Positions 20,499 through 29,332 of a DNA stretch of 64,000 nucleotides are shown one piece after another (positions within the stretch are counted from its first letter, which is position 1; every line of letters starts with the position of its first letter). The stretch is from Armatimonadota bacterium (GTDB lineage: Bacteria; Armatimonadota; Fimbriimonadia; Fimbriimonadales; Fimbriimonadaceae), in contig JANNQV010000028.1 in assembly GCA_031400935.1 (NCBI GenBank), positions 62,001 through 126,000 on the forward strand. Reading direction: 5' to 3'. The position numbers and the translations under genes are program-made. The notes under the pieces were generated by a model, which was given only the letters and a program-made list of their open reading frames with translations, was not told the DNA's origin and did not search any database.

Positions 20499-21683
20499 AT
20501 GGCTACCACTGCTCCCGCCGACCAAAGCATTGCCCGAATCACCGAAATTCGTCACGATCTCCACGCACATCCGCAGCTCATGTTTCAAGAGACTTATGCT
20601 TCTCAAAGAGTCCAAGATGAGTTAAGAAATGCTGGAATTGAATTCAAAACTGGACTTGCCAAAGGAACGGGTGTTTTGGGCTACTTGCCTGCGACAGCCA
20701 ATCCAGAGTCTGCTTTGACCATAGCCTTGCGAGCGGACATGGACGCATTGCCAATTCAAGAAGAGACAGAAGTCTCCTATACCAGCCAATTTCCGGGCGT
20801 TATGCATGCATGCGGGCACGACGGCCACACTTCAATCCTGATTGGTGCAGCCCATCAGCTTTCTCAAATGCGCGAAAGGCGCAACAACATTCTTTTTGTT
20901 TTCCAACCTGCTGAGGAAGGCGGCGCGGGCGGAATGATGATGCGAGATGAGGGCTGCCTTGATGGCTCCATTCTTGGCAAAAAGGCGGATTACATTTTTG
21001 GATTGCATGGATGGACGACAGTTGGATTGGGCCATGTCGCGACTCGCGTCGGCCCAATGATGGCGGCGACTAATCAATTCACCATCACTCTTCGTGGCAA
21101 GGGCGGACATGCCGCCGCTCCGCAAACAACTCGCGATCCAATCGTAGCTGCTGCTCATTTGGTGACCGCGCTCCAAACGATTTGTTCAAGAAACACCGAT
21201 CCGTTTGACCAAATCGTCGTAACCGTTGGCATTTTAAAAGCTGGTTCAGCGCAAAACATCATCCCAGAAACCGCTTATATCGAAGGCACGGTCCGAACTC
21301 TCAAAGCGGAAACTCGATTGTCGGCTGAAGAGCAATTGAAGAGGACCGCAAACGGCATCGCTGAGACTTTTGAAATGACTGTCGAAACCCACTGGGAACA
21401 CGGTTATCCAGCAACGGTAAATGACGGCGGAGCCGTTGACCGATTTCTTGAAGTCGCTGTTTCGACTCTAGGAGCCGAGTGGGTTTCCGATGACGCGGTA
21501 CCAACCATGGGAGGAGAAGACTTTAGTTACTACGGGGCATCTTGCCCGGCTTGCTTCTTCCAACTAGGGCTGATTCCTGTTGGCAAAGATTCTTATCCTA
21601 GCGTTCATACTCCTCAATTTGATTTCAATGATGATGCCATTGAGATTGGAATGAAAATGATGGTGGCTTTAGCGACTAGTTAA
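20499..21683 (+). CDS. M20D amidohydrolase
   Basis: RADMDALP, MHACGHDGH, FQPAEEG, MGGEDF. Confidence 0.93.
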   Translation: MATTAPADQSIARITEIRHDLHAHPQLMFQETYASQRVQDELRNAGIEFKTGLAKGTGVLGYLPATANPESALTIALRADMDALPIQEETEVSYTSQFPGVMHACGHDGHTSILIGAAHQLSQMRERRNNILFVFQPAEEGGAGGMMMRDEGCLDGSILGKKADYIFGLHGWTTVGLGHVATRVGPMMAATNQFTITLRGKGGHAAAPQTTRDPIVAAAHLVTALQTICSRNTDPFDQIVVTVGILKAGSAQNIIPETAYIEGTVRTLKAETRLSAEEQLKRTANGIAETFEMTVETHWEHGYPATVNDGGAVDRFLEVAVSTLGAEWVSDDAVPTMGGEDFSYYGASCPACFFQLGLIPVGKDSYPSVHTPQFDFNDDAIEIGMKMMVALATS

Positions 21684-22782
21684 GTGTTGCTATCGCACTC
21701 TCAATAGCTTCAACGATCCGTTTGTTCTGTTCACCATTCTTTACGGCTGTCCGAAGATAATGGCCTTTAAAGCTTGGACTTAACGAGTCGCAATTTCGCA
21801 GGAACACACTTATTGATTCGCAATATTTGACAACATCCGCGGTAACGGGCTTATCTAATCGGCATAATATGAAATTCGCTGCGCTGGCATGGGTTCTGAG
21901 CCCCGGAATTGCTGAGAGAGTAAGATCTAACTCAACCCTTTTTTGCCTTGTTAATTCAGCCATTTCGGCGTAATAGGCTTCATCGCGCAGCGCTTCAACT
22001 GCTGCTAACTGAGCAAGGGATCCCACTCCCCACGGAGGATCATATGGCACAAGGGAACGTACAAACTCAGGATGTGCAATCAGATAGCCGACACGTAATC
22101 CGCTCAGAGCATAGAACTTAGACATTGATTTGCAAACAGTGACTCGATGATCGGTACTTGCTATGGCCTCCATCGTGGGACGATTCGGGTCGAAGTCAAC
22201 GTAAGTTTCGTCTATCCAAAGCTTGGAATCCGAAGGGAGCGCACCGATCAGATCTTGAATTTGTTCTCTTGAGAGCGATGCTCCGGTTGGCGTATTGGGA
22301 TTTACAAGCACAGTTAGCCGACTCCTCTGAACAGCCTGAATCAATTCATTGAGGTTTATGCGAAAGTCGTTTTCCGGCTGGAGCATAACTATCCTGACAC
22401 GCGCTCCATGACGTTCTAGCACATGCCGATATTCGCCATAAGTGGGATCAAGAATAGTAACTTCATCTCCAGTCTGGAATAGCTTTGGAAGTACCCAAAA
22501 CATGAGGCTAGAAGAGCCTGAACCAAGCAAGATTGATTCCTCGTCAATTTTTCTGTACTCCGAAATCGCCTTGACAAGACCTTCACCACGCGTTGGCGGG
22601 CTCGTCTTGACAAGCCAGGTCAGATTCTCTTGAAGTGCCTTAATTACGTTTGGCGACGGATCGTACCACGCATCCAAGACATCCGCATTGACAACGTTTT
22701 TGGCTCTTTCCAAATGCCGAAAGTCAACGCCAATTGCGTCAAAAAATGCACCACCATGCTCAGTTCGTAATGGATCGGTCAC
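21676..22782 (-). CDS. PLP-dependent aminotransferase class I/II (HisC/CobD-like)
   Basis: NPNTPTG, DETYVDF, SMSKFYALSGLRVGY. Confidence 0.88.
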   Translation of the reverse strand: MTDPLRTEHGGAFFDAIGVDFRHLERAKNVVNADVLDAWYDPSPNVIKALQENLTWLVKTSPPTRGEGLVKAISEYRKIDEESILLGSGSSSLMFWVLPKLFQTGDEVTILDPTYGEYRHVLERHGARVRIVMLQPENDFRINLNELIQAVQRSRLTVLVNPNTPTGASLSREQIQDLIGALPSDSKLWIDETYVDFDPNRPTMEAIASTDHRVTVCKSMSKFYALSGLRVGYLIAHPEFVRSLVPYDPPWGVGSLAQLAAVEALRDEAYYAEMAELTRQKRVELDLTLSAIPGLRTHASAANFILCRLDKPVTADVVKYCESISVFLRNCDSLSPSFKGHYLRTAVKNGEQNKRIVEAIESAIATLN

Positions 22783-22819
22783 GCCAGCATGTTACTGAGT
22801 TTGTGATTGCATCGGTTTT

Positions 22820-22996
22820 TCACCGAAAAATCCAGATAATAATCAAAAGTACGGCAATGAAAATCGGCAGTACGACAGCAATTACAAACCTCTGGTGACG
22901 GCGAGGCGTTCGACGCCCTTCTTTCAAGGCAATGTTCAGCATTTTCAATGCTTCTTGTTCTGCCGCCGATTGACGGTCTCGTTGTTCGTTCGTCAA
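22820..22996 (-). CDS. Small 58-aa tail-anchored membrane protein
   Basis: Manual translation MTNEQRDRQSAAEQEALKMLNIALKEGRRTPRRHQRFVIAVVLPIFIAVLLIIIWIFR; TTG start with AGAGGG upstream; fills the gap; below the ORF-track cutoff. Confidence 0.65.
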   Translation of the reverse strand: MTNEQRDRQSAAEQEALKMLNIALKEGRRTPRRHQRFVIAVVLPIFIAVLLIIIWIFR

Positions 22997-23012
22997 TTTC
23001 GGGCCCTCTATT

Positions 23013-23063
23013 ACTCCCTCCCCAACCCCTCCCTCATTCTCCTGCGTCGAATAAGGGAGGGGA
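23013..23063 (+). repeat. C-rich hairpin repeat (family B)
   Basis: ACTCCCTCCCCAACCCCTCCCT...AGGGAGGGG. Confidence 0.7.
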
Positions 23064-23068
23064 TCGGA

Positions 23069-23641
23069 CTACTTCACAACAGCCGACTTAATCCGATCGC
23101 CGCGCTGGATTTTGCCAACGACATCCATTCCGTCCGTGACTTTTCCAACCACTGCATAAGAATTCCAAAGCCGGAATGCTTCCCGCCTGATGATGAATAG
23201 CTGAGAATCGCCAGGAAGTTGCAGCCCGTTTGATGCAACACCTACAACTCCTCGATAAAAATCGACATCCCTCGAACCTTCAAAAACCGAAATGTCTTTG
23301 CCCGATCCACCATCGCCGACGGACTCGCTTGGTACCATCTTGCCTGTTTTCGGATCCTTCACGTCTAGTGGCTCATTGATGCTCTCTGGTGCGCCCCATT
23401 GCGTCACCCACCATTCGACTCGATGGAATCGCTGACGATCATAGAAACCCTTTTTGACCAGAGCGAGCACATGTTTGACGGTTTCCGGCGATCTAGCTGG
23501 ATCTGTGGTTATTGTAAACGAGCCGCCACTCGCTAGTGAAAAGACAATCTTGGGGCCCGACGGCTTGTAATCGTCGGCTGTTGGAACTCCTTGTTGTGAA
23601 TGGGCTGAGATGAGTGAGCATGCGACAAGTATGGAAAGCAT
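23069..23641 (-). CDS. Cyclophilin-type peptidyl-prolyl isomerase, secreted
   Basis: GFYDRQRFHRV, GDSQLFI, YAVVGKVTDGMDVV. Confidence 0.88.
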   Translation of the reverse strand: MLSILVACSLISAHSQQGVPTADDYKPSGPKIVFSLASGGSFTITTDPARSPETVKHVLALVKKGFYDRQRFHRVEWWVTQWGAPESINEPLDVKDPKTGKMVPSESVGDGGSGKDISVFEGSRDVDFYRGVVGVASNGLQLPGDSQLFIIRREAFRLWNSYAVVGKVTDGMDVVGKIQRGDRIKSAVVK

Positions 23642-23802
23642 GTCTTGAGAATTCGGCGGGTGATCAAAAAGTCCTGCTACTGTCAGTTATTGGTTTTCAA
23701 AGAAAAACGCTTCCCTGCATCCTCGCAAACGTGTATACAAATCATCCAATCCATACAACCTATACTATGCATGCAATCTTCTACCCAAGTACACTCTTTC
23801 GA

Positions 23803-25902
23803 GTGCAAAACCGATTTGATGTAATTGTTGTGGGGGCTGGGCATGCTGGGATTGAAGCTGCCTTGGCTTCGGCACGTATGGGGCTTAGAACTGCTTGCAT
23901 CACGATCAACAAAGAGCGCATCGGTCATTTGCCTTGTAATTGCAGCATCGGCGGACCTGCAAAGGGTCATTTGGCGAGAGAAGTTGACGCACTTGGCGGA
24001 CAGATGGGGCTGACTTCCGACCTTGCGATGACCCACATTCGGCGAGTTGGAACCGGAAAGGGACCGGCGGTTCAAACCGTCCGGGCGCATGTTTGCAAGA
24101 ATCTTTATCCTAGATTGATGAGAGAGATTATGGAGGGGAAGGGTTCGGAAAGCGGACGCGGGGAAAAGGTTGTAGGGTATGGGGTACAGGGTATTGAATT
24201 TAGCGGCAACCAACAACTAAAAACTGATAACCAACAACCAATAACTGACAACTTGACCATCATCGAAGGCACCGTCGAAACTGTTGCAACGAAGAATTCC
24301 AAAGTAATTGGTGTTTACGTCCTGCCAACAACTAATAACCAACAACCAATAACAAACAACAGACAACCGACAACCGACAACGAACCCATATTCATCGAAG
24401 CCCCTTCCGTCGTTCTCACAACGGGGACTTTTCTCAACGGACTTTGTCATCGCGGCAACGAGAAATTTGTTGCTGCGCGTCATGGCGACCCGGCAGTAGG
24501 CGGCCTCTCTCAATTCTTAGTCGAGAATGGACACGAACTTCGCCGATTTAAGACCGGCACGACTCCACGAGTTCGGCTTTCCTCGCTCAACCTTGAAGGG
24601 CTCGAGAGTTTTGCTAGCGAGCCAGAAGCCGGGACGATTAGCTTCATGCCTCGGCCACGGCCGATGGTCAGAGAGTTGTATCCATGTTGGCAGACTCATA
24701 CCAATGCAAAAACCCATGAAGTTGTTGGTTCCAGGCTTAGCGAAAGCGCAATGTATTCTGGGCAGATCGAAGGCGTTGGCCCACGATATTGTCCAAGTAT
24801 TGAAGATAAAGTTGTAAAATTCGCGGATAAAGATCGCCACCCAATCTTTCTGGAAATCGAAGAATGGGACGGCGGATCGGTGTATGTTCAGGGGTTTTCA
24901 AGCTCCCTGTCTTCCGAAGCGCAACATGCCGCATTGACCACCATTGTCGGCCTTGAAAATGTCGAAGTGCTTCGATACGGCTATGCGGTGGAATATGACA
25001 TGGCAAGCCCGTTGGCGCTCAATGCGACTTTGATGTCCAAAAATGTTTCTGGACTATTTTTAGCAGGCCAGATCAACGGAACGAGCGGATATGAAGAAGC
25101 CGCAGCTCAGGGAATTATTGCTGGAATTAACGCCGCCCGATTTGCTCGTAACGACTCTGAATTTGTATTGGCACGAGATCAAGCCTTCATAGGAGTTATG
25201 ATTGACGATTTGGTAACTAAAGGCGTTGACGATCCGTATCGAATGCTGACTGCAAGGGCCGAGCATCGCTTACTTTTGCGTCATGACAATGCCGATACAC
25301 GACTTACGCCGTTAGCAAAGGAGATCGGACTTTGCGACGAAAATAGGTGGGCAAGATTCTCCAAAAAGACTGAGCAAATTGATGAAGGAACGGCCGCTCT
25401 CAAGTCGTTCGAAGTGGGTTCAAGGCACCGAGTGCAGCTTGCCGAAGTCGGGCAGGCAGACGTTGACAACAAGACTGATTTGTTTGATCTGATGCGAAGA
25501 GCTTCGTTTTCAATGTCCGATGCATTGGCCTTTGCAAGCCTTGTAGATTCAACATTTCCTGCGTGGATGAGCGATATTTCCGATTGCGAAATCCGAAGCG
25601 AGGCTTTTGCCCAAATTGATTTGGCGGCGAAATTCTCTGGATACTTGGAGATTCAAAAACGAACGGCTAGCAGAAGCCGGAAGGTGGATTCGATACGAAT
25701 TCCAGAGCATTTAGACTATTACGAATTGAAGGGATTGAGCCATGAGACAAAGGAAAAGCTCTCAAAAGTCCGTCCAACCAATTTGGGGCAAGCTTCGAGA
25801 GTTCCGGGTGTTCGGCCGACAGATATTGCATTGCTGGGCGGGATTCTAAAGCATCGCGGTGAGCGCTTGCAGACTAAAGTCTGCGGTTCAGATGCAGACT
25901 GA
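23803..25902 (+). CDS. mnmG: tRNA U34 carboxymethylaminomethyl modification enzyme MnmG/GidA, with repeat-derived insertions
   Basis: VVGAGHAGIEAA, CNCSIGGPAKG, RFKTGT, PRYCPSIE, GQINGTSGYEEAAAQG; GTG start 7 nt after TACACT. Confidence 0.96.
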   Translation: MQNRFDVIVVGAGHAGIEAALASARMGLRTACITINKERIGHLPCNCSIGGPAKGHLAREVDALGGQMGLTSDLAMTHIRRVGTGKGPAVQTVRAHVCKNLYPRLMREIMEGKGSESGRGEKVVGYGVQGIEFSGNQQLKTDNQQPITDNLTIIEGTVETVATKNSKVIGVYVLPTTNNQQPITNNRQPTTDNEPIFIEAPSVVLTTGTFLNGLCHRGNEKFVAARHGDPAVGGLSQFLVENGHELRRFKTGTTPRVRLSSLNLEGLESFASEPEAGTISFMPRPRPMVRELYPCWQTHTNAKTHEVVGSRLSESAMYSGQIEGVGPRYCPSIEDKVVKFADKDRHPIFLEIEEWDGGSVYVQGFSSSLSSEAQHAALTTIVGLENVEVLRYGYAVEYDMASPLALNATLMSKNVSGLFLAGQINGTSGYEEAAAQGIIAGINAARFARNDSEFVLARDQAFIGVMIDDLVTKGVDDPYRMLTARAEHRLLLRHDNADTRLTPLAKEIGLCDENRWARFSKKTEQIDEGTAALKSFEVGSRHRVQLAEVGQADVDNKTDLFDLMRRASFSMSDALAFASLVDSTFPAWMSDISDCEIRSEAFAQIDLAAKFSGYLEIQKRTASRSRKVDSIRIPEHLDYYELKGLSHETKEKLSKVRPTNLGQASRVPGVRPTDIALLGGILKHRGERLQTKVCGSDAD
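24172..24251 (+). repeat. In-frame chimeric heptamer element inside mnmG
   Basis: (RNRGGGT)x3 at 24172-24192 then (CYRAHAA)x6 at 24210-24251. Confidence 0.88.
24325..24380 (+). repeat. In-frame heptamer array inside mnmG
   Basis: ccaacaa ctaataa ccaacaa ccaataa caaacaa cagacaa ccgacaa ccgacaa (8 copies). Confidence 0.92.
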
Positions 25903-25909
25903 AGTCTGC
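25869..25909. repeat. REP-like doublet (family C) overlapping the mnmG stop
   Basis: GCAGACTAAAGTCTGC and GCAGACTGAAGTCTGC palindromes, 25-bp period. Confidence 0.85.
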
Positions 25910-25933
25910 GTTCCATTAGGCTAAACTTTAATC

Positions 25934-26911
25934 ATGTCGGAGCTGAGATACCACCCATATCTGAAAACTTGGGTGATTACGGCAACGCATAGGCAAGACC
26001 GCACTTATCATCCACCTCCTGGATTTTGCCCGCTTTGCCCTACGAAACCTGGAGAATTTGAAACTGAAATTCCTTTCGATGACTACGACATCGTGGTTTT
26101 TGAGAACAAATTTCCTTCGATGAGTCAGCTTGCACCGGAACCGGACGTTGTGGGATCAGCACTTTGTCCAGTACGCCCTTCGGAAGGCGTTTGCGAAGTA
26201 ATTTGCTATTCGTCAGATCACAATGCAACATTTGCCACTTTGCCTATCGAACAGATTCGCAAATTGACAAGAATTTGGAAGGAACGCTATTGCGAATTAG
26301 CAAAAACAGAAGGCATAGAATACGTTTTTATATTTGAAAATAGAGGCGAAGTAATTGGTGTAACATTAACTCATCCGCATGGGCAAATATATGCTTACCC
26401 TTTCATTCCGTATACTTTACAAACCGAGCTTATGGCGGAGCATGAGCATTTTGAAACTACTGGGGAATTATTGGCTGACGACTGGCTAGAATTCGAGATC
26501 GTTGAATCTGAAGGAAAGCGCGTGCTATTTGAAAATGACTCGTTTGTAGCGTTGGTTCCGTTTTTCGCTCGTTACACTTTTGAAGCACACATAGTAGCTA
26601 AAAAGCCACTTTCGTGCCTTGGCGAATTTGTCGAATCCGATCTCGATGATTTAGCCGATGCACTTTCAAGGCTTACAAAAGCATACGACAAATTATTTAA
26701 TTTCTCGCTTCCATACATCATGGCAATGCATCAGTATGATGCATCTTGGAGCCGCTTTCATGTAGAGTTTTACCCACCAAATCGAACCGCTGAAAAACTT
26801 AAGTATTTGGCTGGAAGCGAAGCAGGTGCCGGAGCTTTTACGAACGATATGCTTCCCGAAGATGCAGCCGATGCTTTGCGGTTAGCCTTATCCAAAGTGG
26901 GGAACGACTAA
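25934..26911 (+). CDS. galT: Galactose-1-phosphate uridylyltransferase
   Basis: CPLCP, FENKFP, FENRG...HPHGQ active site. Confidence 0.95.
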   Translation: MSELRYHPYLKTWVITATHRQDRTYHPPPGFCPLCPTKPGEFETEIPFDDYDIVVFENKFPSMSQLAPEPDVVGSALCPVRPSEGVCEVICYSSDHNATFATLPIEQIRKLTRIWKERYCELAKTEGIEYVFIFENRGEVIGVTLTHPHGQIYAYPFIPYTLQTELMAEHEHFETTGELLADDWLEFEIVESEGKRVLFENDSFVALVPFFARYTFEAHIVAKKPLSCLGEFVESDLDDLADALSRLTKAYDKLFNFSLPYIMAMHQYDASWSRFHVEFYPPNRTAEKLKYLAGSEAGAGAFTNDMLPEDAADALRLALSKVGND

Positions 26912-27594
26912 AATTCATCTCTTGATACGTATCGGAATCGAGAAACTGGCTCTGCAGTTCGTTCCAAAATAGCGATTTCTTGCGTAAACTCCTCGGTGAT
27001 CTCGCGCCCACCCGGATCAATAGCAATAATTTCTCGCCAAATTGACTCAAGTTCATCAATCGCAGTATCGTAGCCTGCGGTCGCCAGATGAGCCGTGCTT
27101 AGCTTGTCTTCGATAAAGGTTGCCGCGACTTGGCCAGCAGCCAGATATGCAAAATTGGTCCGGGCGTGATAGTCACCGTCATAATCCACCATTACAAATC
27201 TGTCGGTAGCAGGCGCATCGGAAACTTCTGCGAAGAGTGATAAGGCGACGAAAGGAGCCGAAGAAAAGTCGGCAAAAGCCCGTTTGATCGGTTGGGCAAC
27301 AGCATTCACTACTCGCTGAATCGTCACGTCGCGCTCACTTCGCTGATAGCCTTCATGATGAGCAAAATCGAGTGCGGCCATGCGAATCATTTCGATATCC
27401 GATTGCTGACCGATTCCTGCCATTGCAAGGTGGTCGTACACTTCAAACAGCTTTCGAGCTTGTCTTTTGTAAGTAAATAGCACGATACCAGCGTCAATAG
27501 AGACAGCAAGCACTGGTGTTCCAAGCGCAAGCCTCGATTCTACGTATCCGGCCCGATGGCCGACTGCTTCTTGCCAATCAAACGGCGTATTCAT
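26908..27594 (-). CDS. prcA: 20S proteasome alpha subunit-like protein
   Basis: Resembles actinobacterial PrcA: PFDWQE...RAGY...KLFEVYDHLAMAGIG...RDVT...PF...LFAEV...VDYDG. Confidence 0.8.
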   Translation of the reverse strand: MNTPFDWQEAVGHRAGYVESRLALGTPVLAVSIDAGIVLFTYKRQARKLFEVYDHLAMAGIGQQSDIEMIRMAALDFAHHEGYQRSERDVTIQRVVNAVAQPIKRAFADFSSAPFVALSLFAEVSDAPATDRFVMVDYDGDYHARTNFAYLAAGQVAATFIEDKLSTAHLATAGYDTAIDELESIWREIIAIDPGGREITEEFTQEIAILERTAEPVSRFRYVSRDEF

Positions 27595-27749
27595 GCTTGT
27601 TGTTATACGTCATTTTCGAATTACGTTGACGAAGCCAGGGCAAGTCAGTTCAAATGATGGCGTATCGCTCTATCTGCGTGTTTCGGAACCAGGTACGATT
27701 CGCGCAATCTCGCTCCTATCGTGGAATGCGAGTATGAAGGGATGCTGGG

Positions 27750-28799
27750 ATGCGGGAACAACCATCAACCAACAACCAACAACTGGCAAAGAGATTCAAG
27801 CGGCTCTTTCAATCACAACTTTTTGGCCTTGGACTGGTCATTTCCGTTTTGTTTATCGTCATCACGCTTGCTGCACCGCAGATTCCAGTGCGAGGAACAG
27901 ATCACACTGTCAACAGCTTCCTACGCCCCGAAACGCTGATTCAACTTGCCACCGACACCAGTTTCTTTGCGATATTGGCTGTCGGAATGTCACTCGTGAT
28001 GCTGTCAGGCGGTATTGACCTCTCCGTAGGTTCAACTTATGCGCTTAGCGGTGTTCTGACGGCGATGGCTTTGCAATCGCTGGGCGAGACAATGTCCACG
28101 GGACTCCTATTGATCGTTGCTCTGGGCATCTGCTTGGGAATAGGGCTACTTGCAGGGCTCATAAATGGAAGTTTGGTCGTGTCATTGGGGGTTCATCCAT
28201 TTGTAGTCACAGTCGGGACCATGTGGGTTTATCGGGGCATCGCATTTGTAACCAGTAAAGCTCAAAGCATAAACATGCCCGAAAGTCTGACCGCGATTAC
28301 AAAAAACACGATGGGGCTTCCGAAGGGGCTCTATCCAATTCCAACCCTAGTCATGGCTGCTACCGCCCTTGCTTTCGCCTTATATCTTCATAAGACTATT
28401 GCAGGTAGGAACATATACGCGGTTGGCGGAAACGCCGACGCAGCACACTTCGCAGGAATCCGAATCCCGAAAGTCTTCATCGGCGTTTATTCGCTTTGCG
28501 GGCTCACAGCTGCTCTTTCGGCGTATCTAGGTGCAACGTATTATGGAGCCGCCAACAGCGCCGATGGGCAAGGATACGAACTCTACGCTATCGCTTCCGC
28601 GGTTGTTGGTGGGGTGAGCTTGAACGGCGGGCGCGGAACAGCCTTCGGTGCAGTCCTTGGAGCGCTCTTGATCGCTACGATGCGGCAAGCAATTTCAACT
28701 CTGAGCCTGAATTCTAACTACGAGTACATCATCATTGGCAGTTCGCTCGTGATTGCCGTATTTTTGGATCATTGGGGAAGGAAGAGGATTCGGGGGTAG
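27750..28799 (+). CDS. Sugar ABC permease (RbsC-like)
   Basis: GGIDLSVGS, HPFVVTVG, YELYAIASAVVGGVSLNGG; N-terminus overlaps a CAACCAA array. Confidence 0.9.
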   Translation: MREQPSTNNQQLAKRFKRLFQSQLFGLGLVISVLFIVITLAAPQIPVRGTDHTVNSFLRPETLIQLATDTSFFAILAVGMSLVMLSGGIDLSVGSTYALSGVLTAMALQSLGETMSTGLLLIVALGICLGIGLLAGLINGSLVVSLGVHPFVVTVGTMWVYRGIAFVTSKAQSINMPESLTAITKNTMGLPKGLYPIPTLVMAATALAFALYLHKTIAGRNIYAVGGNADAAHFAGIRIPKVFIGVYSLCGLTAALSAYLGATYYGAANSADGQGYELYAIASAVVGGVSLNGGRGTAFGAVLGALLIATMRQAISTLSLNSNYEYIIIGSSLVIAVFLDHWGRKRIRG

Positions 28800-28801
28800 T
28801 C

Positions 28802-28964
28802 ATTGTGGATTGTGGATTTTGGATTTTGGATTCCGAAGAGAGCATGGTGATGAACATTGCGGCAATCAGAGTCTAGTGAGATAGTTCAAGGTAATGCATT
28901 ATCGAGGAACGCATGGAGAATAGTTGACTATTCAATCCAAAATCCACAATCCACAATCCAAAAT
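28802..28964. repeat. Heptamer inverted element (ATTKTGG)x4 ... (AATCCAM)x4
   Basis: Matching arms 28802-28832 and 28934-28964 around a spacer of about 100 nt; starts 3 nt after the stop. Confidence 0.92.
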
Positions 28965-29071
28965 TGAGCAAAACTTAAACCACTTTCTCAATTTTCCCCC
29001 TAAAGAAAGTTGAAGAACTTTCCTAGGATTAGTGACAGGCGGCGATCAATCGGCGCAAAACGGACGAAGGT

Positions 29072-29308
29072 ATGCAAAAACTTGTCGGAGGAATCGCCGC
29101 ATTTGTCGCAATCGCTGCGGGAATTCTATGCTCCGTTGAGCCTGTTACCATCGTTTTACGCGCGGCACTGGCATTTCTTTTAGGAAGTCTTGCTACACAA
29201 GTGTGGTACGTCTTCTTTACTGTTCGCGTCCATACTTTAGATGTTGAGCAGGACTATCATAAAATTCCCGTCGAGCAAGACGAGGCGCCGCCAGCTCAAG
29301 CAGCCTAA
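29072..29308 (+). CDS. Small membrane protein upstream of fliA
   Basis: Two TM segments, SD GAAGG. Confidence 0.7.
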   Translation: MQKLVGGIAAFVAIAAGILCSVEPVTIVLRAALAFLLGSLATQVWYVFFTVRVHTLDVEQDYHKIPVEQDEAPPAQAA

Positions 29309-29332
29309 AAATCCAAGGAAAGAGGTAGCCCA

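Noticed and set aside
23614..23802. ORF-track N-terminal extensions (mnmG, also 8001, 10048, 11109, 2938, 33224, 53421)
   Set aside because: They run through repeats or neighbouring genes; homology and -10/SD signals support downstream starts.
24135..24390. Intein or self-splicing intron in mnmG
   Set aside because: The inserts are too short, lack C/S...HN splice motifs and group I/II structure, and are low-complexity.
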